A stretch of DNA of 64,000 nt from NCBI GenBank assembly GCA_018668595.1, contig JABJCP010000013.1, forward strand, positions 64,116-128,115, written 5' to 3'. Made by a program: the position numbers and the translations under genes. Source of the stretch: Candidatus Woesearchaeota archaeon (GTDB taxonomy: Archaea; Nanobdellota; Nanobdellia; Woesearchaeales; UBA11576). Numbering within the stretch: the first letter of the stretch is position 1; every line of letters starts with the position of its first letter. Shown in pieces: positions 59,448 through 64,000 of the stretch. The notes below the pieces were generated by a model. It ran no database searches. It saw only the letters and a program-made list of their open reading frames with translations, and was not told where the DNA came from.

Positions 59448-60866
59448 TTAACAAACATAAACTTTGATTTTACTTTCTTCGTTTTCATCGTTTTTTGATT
59501 CGTCTTTTGCTTTAAACAACTTATTCTTAATATAAAAAAAAATCTCACCAAATTTTGATTTGTTCTCAAATCTTGCTGCAAAATAAATAGGTTCTTCAAC
59601 TGAATGCCAACGAGTTCTATCCATTTCCATTGTTGAATGCGCGCCCTCCAAATTTCGTTTTTCGTCAGGAAGATCAAAAACATTCATCAAATTTTTTATT
59701 CTGGTTTTAGGAAATAAGTCAGTACGACTCACTAGATCATAACCAAAACCTTCTGAATACTGTGATTTAAATTTACCCTTCCTAGTAAAATCAATATATT
59801 TGTTTATTTCCAAACACACATGAATTGAACCTACATAAAAACTACTTTCGCTTAACGCAGTAGAGAAAGAATATTCTTTGCGAGTGATTAAATTATTTTT
59901 TATATAACTAACAATTGAAAATTTTAATTTATCTTCAAGAGCATCTGTTAATTGAGTCAAATAATCACAATTAAATGAATCCAACAAAGATAAGACTCCA
60001 ATAGAATCTAAATTAGTTAATCTATCTCTGTGCTTATTTTTTTTATCTAAAAACAGATCATAACTACTTTTTACATACTCTTGTTTTGATTTTAGTCCTT
60101 CAAGATCACGCTTTAATAAACCAATATCTTGTTTAATATTAGTTGTCTTTTCTGTTCTATCAATAACATCTTGAATAGATTCTTCTTTAACAGGTTGTAA
60201 AAGAATATCTTGTTCTTGTTTTTGTTCTTCGATCCTGTATTTAAGATCCATAATTTCTTGTTTGTATCCTCTTAACTCAGCTTCAACAGAACCACCACTT
60301 TTATCATAATCCTCTTTTAAGCAATTTAAATCTTGAATTGCTCTATGAATGATATTAAAATTTTTAGTAAAGTCAAATAAATCATACATTACTTGCTCAT
60401 CTAGAGTTTGATCAGAAAATAAACAAGAAGAATAATTCTCGAATAACTGAGAATGTTCTGATTGAAATGCAGTTGTTAGAATATGTTCTAATTCAACACT
60501 ATTAGTAGTTAGTAAACTGCGTTTTTCAATTAATATATTTTCTATTCTAGTTTGTTTTGATTTTTCTTTTTTAATAGAATCATTTAATTTTGCCAAAGAT
60601 TTTTTTGCAATCTTTGAGTACCAAAATGAATCTGACTTTACTTGATACTCTTCTTTTTTAGATTTTAAATTAGATTTATCAGTTTCGAATTCATCTGACA
60701 AGGTTTCTATTTCGGTTTCTAAATCAGAACCTGCAGTTTTATAATGAACAAATTGACTCAAGAATCTAATCAAATCTAAGTCTTGAGAATGGATAAGGGG
60801 TAAAACTAATTCATGAATAGGATCAAGTTTTGGTTCTTCTGTTTTTTTTGTTGCTTTTTGTGCCAT
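59448..60866 (-). CDS. coiled-coil protein, member 1 of a three-gene tandem paralog family (conserved C-terminal globular domain)
   Basis: Shares KSGG...YKQEI.DL.RIE.Q coiled-coil blocks and a C-terminal LFP...LMNVFD.P...R...FA.K(C/F)(D/E)N.SKF block with the ORFs at 60884 and 62290. Confidence 0.45.
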   Translation of the reverse strand: MAQKATKKTEEPKLDPIHELVLPLIHSQDLDLIRFLSQFVHYKTAGSDLETEIETLSDEFETDKSNLKSKKEEYQVKSDSFWYSKIAKKSLAKLNDSIKKEKSKQTRIENILIEKRSLLTTNSVELEHILTTAFQSEHSQLFENYSSCLFSDQTLDEQVMYDLFDFTKNFNIIHRAIQDLNCLKEDYDKSGGSVEAELRGYKQEIMDLKYRIEEQKQEQDILLQPVKEESIQDVIDRTEKTTNIKQDIGLLKRDLEGLKSKQEYVKSSYDLFLDKKNKHRDRLTNLDSIGVLSLLDSFNCDYLTQLTDALEDKLKFSIVSYIKNNLITRKEYSFSTALSESSFYVGSIHVCLEINKYIDFTRKGKFKSQYSEGFGYDLVSRTDLFPKTRIKNLMNVFDLPDEKRNLEGAHSTMEMDRTRWHSVEEPIYFAARFENKSKFGEIFFYIKNKLFKAKDESKNDENEESKIKVYVC

Positions 60867-60883
60867 TTTATTATTTTAATTGA

Positions 60884-62263
60884 TTAATATCCATAGTTTC
60901 GCTTACGTACATTATTTAATTTAAGTCTTGCAGAGTAGCGCATAGAATCCTCGTCTACTTTAACTTCTTTGCCCTGCAAATGTTTAGATAAAACATATGT
61001 GATAAAATTCGAAAACTTAGAAGAGTTTTCACACTTTACTGCAAAAGTATACTTTCGAGAATATCCATCTGACCCATTATTATACGGTTCTGAATATGAA
61101 TTATCATCCATATCTAAAATCTTACTTAATTCATCGAATTTTTTTGTAGGAACAAACCCTACCCCACTAGTTTTAACTTCTTGTTCAGTAATTTGGCCTT
61201 GATCATCTTTCACTTTTTTAAAATAATCTCCAATAGATACGCTTGATTCAATAGTTACAACTGCAAAACCATTTTTGACAAGCTCGTCAGTAAAAGGCCA
61301 ATCTTCTTTTTTAACAGCATATTTTTTTACATAATCAAACATAACAGAATGAACTTTGGTTAATAATTCTTGTTTGGTTTGATTTAAAGCTTCTAAATTT
61401 GATTCTTCTACTAATTCTGAAAATTCAGATTCTGATAATTCATCAAAAAATGAACTGTCTGAATTAAATTGACTAAATAACTCTTGAAACTTTTTGTTTA
61501 GTGTTTGAAAAGTTCTTTTTGAAAAACTAAGCTCACCCTCCAATCTAGTAATTTCCGACTTATGATATGCTTTTTCTTTTGCAAGATCCAAAATTTCTTG
61601 AGCATTATCACCAGTTGTTTGAGACGCTAATTCATCTACTCTTGCTTTATGTTTTTTCAAAAGTGCTTTTGATTGTTTAATGTCTTGTTTAGATTTAACC
61701 ATAGAATCATAAACAGAATTATTTGTTAAGACATATTTCTTATCTCTTTTTAACCCATCAAATGAACAAATAGCAACCATACTGCTTTCTAATCGAACTG
61801 ATAAATCAGATAACTGGCAAATTTCATCAGGCGTTAAAAATCTATCATCTTGAAAATATGATTCAACTTGTTTTGCTAATTGAGTTGGTTCTAAAACAGA
61901 ATGTTTATCTTCAAAAGCTTTTTTTGTGGTGTCTAAATTAGAAATTGTTGTTTCGTATTTTTCAACTTGTTTTTTTGAACGATTTAATTCGTTTTTAGTA
62001 TGCAAGTGATCAGTTCTCCATTTACGCATAGAATCTTCGCAAAATTCTCTGTATAAATAAAACCAAGGAGATTCATCTCGTTTTTTAAATTTAGCATCTA
62101 GTTTTTCAAAGTCTTCATTCTTTTTTTCAAAATCATCTTTTTGCTGAGTTAAAATATCCGCTAATCTTTTTTTTGTTGATTCATAAAAAACATTAAAACA
62201 TAAATGATTGATAATGTCTTTAGGTGATTTTTCTTGTGTTGTGTTTTTTGCTGGTTCTTGCAT
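60884..62263 (-). CDS. coiled-coil protein, member 2 of the tandem paralog family
   Basis: Has the C-terminal TFAVKCENSSKFSNFI block and the shared architecture. Confidence 0.45.
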   Translation of the reverse strand: MQEPAKNTTQEKSPKDIINHLCFNVFYESTKKRLADILTQQKDDFEKKNEDFEKLDAKFKKRDESPWFYLYREFCEDSMRKWRTDHLHTKNELNRSKKQVEKYETTISNLDTTKKAFEDKHSVLEPTQLAKQVESYFQDDRFLTPDEICQLSDLSVRLESSMVAICSFDGLKRDKKYVLTNNSVYDSMVKSKQDIKQSKALLKKHKARVDELASQTTGDNAQEILDLAKEKAYHKSEITRLEGELSFSKRTFQTLNKKFQELFSQFNSDSSFFDELSESEFSELVEESNLEALNQTKQELLTKVHSVMFDYVKKYAVKKEDWPFTDELVKNGFAVVTIESSVSIGDYFKKVKDDQGQITEQEVKTSGVGFVPTKKFDELSKILDMDDNSYSEPYNNGSDGYSRKYTFAVKCENSSKFSNFITYVLSKHLQGKEVKVDEDSMRYSARLKLNNVRKRNYGY

Positions 62264-62289
62264 TTTTAGTTCCTCTAGTAAATTTTAAA

Positions 62290-63720
62290 TCAAACTTCAT
62301 CAGGCAGTTTATTGAGATTTCTTGTATAAATTGAAACTGCATATTCATCACGATCAGTAGTTTCTGCCAGATTCTTATTAATCATACCATCTATAAACTC
62401 ATTTGCCATTTGAGAGAATACTTTAGAATTATCACACTTGACGGCAAAACAAACAGGTTCATATCTTTTTGAAGAAATGCCTCGTCCATGATTTACCACT
62501 CTTTGTTTTCTTGGAATGTCAAATACATTCATCAGTTTTTCTGCCCATGAATCTGGAAACAAATCAGGTCTACTAGAATATTCAAAAGAACCGTCTCCAT
62601 TATCTAATTTAAAATCAGAATCTCTTTTGTTAATATATTTTTGAATATCACAGATTATTTCTAAACTAACAATAGAAAAACCCCCTTTTTTAATTGAATC
62701 TATATACTGCCAATCAGAAGGTTTAATATGATTAAGTGATGCAAATTCACAAAATGTTTTTTGGATTTTACGTTTTATTTCTCGACGGAAACCAACAAGA
62801 TGATCTCTATTTAATGAATCTAGTAGATCAGAAACTCCTTTTTCTCCTAATAACTTAATTTCTTGATAAAACTTATTTTGGACATCTAAAGTTGATTCTA
62901 TTTTTGATTGAGTTTGTTGAGCTTCCTGTTTTTTAGATTCTAATATGTTCTTTAATTCCTTTAAGTTTTCTCTTGCAGATTCTGTTAATTTTGCTTTTTG
63001 GACTACTTCCGCTATAGAAGTTTCCTTTTGAGAAATTGAATGTTTCTTAACTATTAATTCCTGTGTTTCAATTCTAACACCCAAATCATTTATTTCTTGT
63101 TTATATTTTTTCAATTGTTCTCCAAGAGCTCCACCACTCTTAACATTATTTTCTCTTAGTTCAGATAATTTATCAACTGCTTTAATAAGCTCATCTGCTT
63201 CTAAATAAAAAGAATATAACTCACAAAGAAAGTCAGGAGTTAATTTTCTCTTATCACCCCTAGTTTCAAATAAATTAATAAAAACTTCAGAATATTTTTC
63301 TACTTTTTTATTAAGACCGCTTTGTGCAATCGATTGATTTAATATTTGCCCAAGATCATTAAATTTTGTTAATTCTTCTTTTTCAGATTCAATACCTGCA
63401 AGCAACTTAGCACGCTGATTTTCACATTCAGTTACTCTCGATTCTAATTTTTTTAATTCTGGTCCAGAAAATAATTTAACTAAGAAATTATCTTTAAGGT
63501 CAGTTATTTTTGAATTGGCGTTAGCAATATCCTGTCTAAGTAATGCTCTTTGATTATGCTGTTTTTGATCAATAGATTCAGTTAATGATCTAATTTGCCC
63601 ATTATAATAAACTGCAGAACATAACAAAGAAACATATTTACCTTTACCCCCTTCTAAAAAAGGTTGTGTTAAATTTAATATATCTGATTGAATTTGAGTT
63701 GATTGTGTACTAGATCTCAT
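62290..63720 (-). CDS. coiled-coil protein, member 3 of the tandem paralog family
   Basis: Has the C-terminal DLFPDSWAEKLMNVFDIPRKQR...CFAVKCDNSKVFSQ block and the shared architecture. Confidence 0.45.
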   Translation of the reverse strand: MRSSTQSTQIQSDILNLTQPFLEGGKGKYVSLLCSAVYYNGQIRSLTESIDQKQHNQRALLRQDIANANSKITDLKDNFLVKLFSGPELKKLESRVTECENQRAKLLAGIESEKEELTKFNDLGQILNQSIAQSGLNKKVEKYSEVFINLFETRGDKRKLTPDFLCELYSFYLEADELIKAVDKLSELRENNVKSGGALGEQLKKYKQEINDLGVRIETQELIVKKHSISQKETSIAEVVQKAKLTESARENLKELKNILESKKQEAQQTQSKIESTLDVQNKFYQEIKLLGEKGVSDLLDSLNRDHLVGFRREIKRKIQKTFCEFASLNHIKPSDWQYIDSIKKGGFSIVSLEIICDIQKYINKRDSDFKLDNGDGSFEYSSRPDLFPDSWAEKLMNVFDIPRKQRVVNHGRGISSKRYEPVCFAVKCDNSKVFSQMANEFIDGMINKNLAETTDRDEYAVSIYTRNLNKLPDEV

Positions 63721-64000
63721 AATAATTCTACCTCGCCCATCACCTCTCAGTATGAATTAATAATATAAGGATAATATAAGTATAATATAATAACAATATG
63801 ATAATAACATAATAACTGTTAACTATACTTCTTTATAGTAGTTACAGATGTCTTATTTATAAAGGTTTCTATTATTTTTAGGCTCAGAATCATTATTTAA
63901 GCTATTTTGATAGGGTTTATTACAAATGAAAAAAAAAACAAATGTTTTAGTTTTAAAAGGTAATTTTTATAAAGATTGTACTAGATATTCCTTATTATGA

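Noticed and set aside
1-64000. CRISPR arrays, rRNA genes and tRNA genes
   Set aside because: No array of regularly spaced identical repeats with unique spacers was seen. The only repeat family has 3 dispersed copies. No GC-rich tRNA-like islands with T-loop (GTTCGAATC-type) signatures or rRNA-like segments were found by eye.

Overview
AT-rich (about 30% GC) archaeal-type chromosomal window. Archaeal markers are a Cbf5 H/ACA pseudouridine synthase, a Hel308/Ski2-type helicase, a PAC2 proteasome-assembly protein, a TrmB-family regulator, a ThrC with an N-terminal zinc ribbon and a PPP-type phosphatase. Shine-Dalgarno motifs of the GGAGGTGA type sit 4-10 nt before start codons, and TGA is used as a stop. 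Genes are tightly packed and mostly on the minus strand. The dominant feature is a long co-directional de novo purine operon on the minus strand: purM, a purS-purS-purL fusion, purQ, purD, purN, purH split into two overlapping ORFs, purB, purE, purC, a lipoprotein, then purA. A divergent PRPP-synthetase-like gene lies on the plus strand nearby. Other content: a LemA/metallophosphoesterase module; a helicase ORF that has only the C-terminal half; a VIT-like membrane protein; membrane proteins with long lysine-rich (AVKKK)n tails; two pairs or triplets of tandem coiled-coil paralogs; two adjacent half-size permease genes; pyruvate kinase; etfBA; a DUF4258 / YgiT-zinc-ribbon toxin-antitoxin pair; membrane metallophosphoesterases; thrC plus a TrpB-like PLP enzyme, ferredoxin and glutaredoxin; VKOR with a multi-thioredoxin secreted protein and a cupredoxin-like lipoprotein; an ABC-2 transporter; endonuclease V; and hisG with a hisA-hisIE fusion. 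Features not explained by genes: (i) three copies of a roughly 178-bp intergenic element with 9-bp terminal inverted repeats and several internal hairpins that keep their pairing through compensatory changes, which looks like a MITE or a structured RNA; (ii) three conserved enzymes (purE, pyk, thrC) whose conserved N-termini lie upstream of any ATG/GTG/TTG and line up behind a Shine-Dalgarno motif and an ATT or ATA codon, which suggests AUU/AUA initiation; (iii) short tandem repeats directly upstream of many minus-strand genes. No CRISPR array, rRNA or convincing tRNA was found.
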